Part shown: positions 26,660 to 27,481 of the stretch, one piece after another
Layout: every line of letters begins with the position of its first letter
Position numbering within the stretch: position 1 is the first letter of the stretch
Assembly: GCA_038841535.1 (NCBI GenBank)
Contig: JAWBTQ010000017.1
Coordinates: 1 to 27,481 of the forward strand
DNA from: Sulfolobales archaeon
GTDB taxonomy: Archaea; Thermoproteota; Thermoprotei_A; Sulfolobales; NBVN01
Direction of reading: 5' to 3'
DNA length: 27,481 nucleotides
Program-made: the position numbers and the translations under genes
Notes under the pieces: generated by a model
Databases searched by the model: none
Seen by the model: the letters and a program-made list of their open reading frames with translations, nothing else
What the model was told of the DNA's origin: nothing

Positions 26660-27445
26660 TTGGGTGACCTGAAGCTCTTAGTTCACGCCTATTGCCCCTC
26701 AAGCTATGCTTTAGTTAGGTACTTAGTCGATAAAGGTATCCACAACATGCTGGAAATAGTGCCCCTAAATCCCGGCAGTCCAGCGTCTCTGTCAAAAGTG
26801 ATCCCATCGGTTCCAGCTCTAGTTGTTGATAGCAAGGTTGTAGCCGTAGACCCCATCGAGCCGGAGTTCGTTAAGGCCTTACTGTTCAATGAAAACATAA
26901 GGAGCTTTGTGCCGGTATTAGAGCACGAAATCGTCGAGAGGTTCGTGAAGTCGGTTAAGTCAAGTAGCTACGTAGTGCTCCACGTGCTTCTTGGTGGGTT
27001 AAGCCTTGGTGACCTCATTACGTCGGAATTCACTGACGCAGCCACGAGGACGTACTTCTCTGGTCTAAGCAAGGACTACGCTAGAAGCGTGCTGCTATCT
27101 AGAGCTGAAGGCATTGCGGGAGAGCTGCTTGAGTCTTCTATTAGGTCTGTCGCTTATAGCTTCCTCAGAGACGCAGTAATTTCCGCAAAAACTGAAGTAG
27201 ATAGGTTCATAGACTACGAAGTACTAAAGCTTTGGTCAACAGCGAAAATATCTCAGGGGATCGTGTTTACCCCACTCCGCGAGCTTTCTCAAGACGGCAA
27301 CCTACAGAGGGTAATGGACTACCTAAGGGAGAACTACAGAGGGTTGCTCAAGTCTCTCGATAACTTTTTCTCCAAACTCGCGTCAGACACCGAAGTCTAC
27401 GAATTACTATCGAAGGGGAATAGTAGGGGTTCAGCTCTGATGTAG
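26660..27445 (+). CDS. Hypothetical protein with N-terminal thioredoxin/glutaredoxin-like fold
   Basis: LLVHAYCPSSY (CxxS), SVPALVVD (cis-Pro-like) and DP motif, then a helical C-terminus; GGTGG RBS 4 nt before TTG. Confidence 0.6.
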   Translation: MGDLKLLVHAYCPSSYALVRYLVDKGIHNMLEIVPLNPGSPASLSKVIPSVPALVVDSKVVAVDPIEPEFVKALLFNENIRSFVPVLEHEIVERFVKSVKSSSYVVLHVLLGGLSLGDLITSEFTDAATRTYFSGLSKDYARSVLLSRAEGIAGELLESSIRSVAYSFLRDAVISAKTEVDRFIDYEVLKLWSTAKISQGIVFTPLRELSQDGNLQRVMDYLRENYRGLLKSLDNFFSKLASDTEVYELLSKGNSRGSALM

Positions 27446-27481
27446 GTTTATGTAAGTTGATGTCATTGCTTCATCTCTTTT

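Noticed and set aside
1-27481. CRISPR arrays, rRNA, tRNA and C/D-box sRNAs
   Set aside because: No regularly spaced repeats, cloverleafs or properly paired RUGAUGA/CUGA boxes seen in intergenic regions by eye; a covariance-model search would be needed to exclude divergent sRNAs

Overview
Archaeal chromosomal segment, most likely from a thermophilic crenarchaeote (Thermoproteota). This assignment rests on GGTG(A/G) ribosome-binding sites, TTTAT/TATAAA promoters, a short-form PurA, a single-domain KaiC and a HEPN-MNT pair. About 20 apparently intact genes are present: HEPN/MNT toxin-antitoxin, MscS, SixA-like phosphatase, CobO, DUF4910-like peptidase, DUF2283, a stand-alone NurA-HerA pair, a membrane-anchored PQQ-like beta-propeller, QueC, a 1,028-aa Type IIG-like adenine methyltransferase, a P-type ATPase, a PD-(D/E)XK-like protein with a C-terminal ribbon-helix-helix, a FAD oxidoreductase, purA, an ABC exporter pair, a KaiC-domain ATPase and a thioredoxin-like protein. 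There are also two decayed tnpB insertion-sequence relics. Items the ORF track misses: (i) purA and the beta-propeller gene appear to need non-canonical CTG and ATA starts; (ii) the second tnpB element sits inside an unannotated PfpI/DJ-1 gene at a GG junction, and its flanking would-be guide matches 13 nt at the 5' end of the P-type ATPase gene; (iii) the large methyltransferase seems to have lost the catalytic Asp of its N-terminal nuclease domain and lies head-to-head with queC. No tRNA, rRNA or CRISPR array was seen. All family calls come from motif recognition by eye; no database searches were run.
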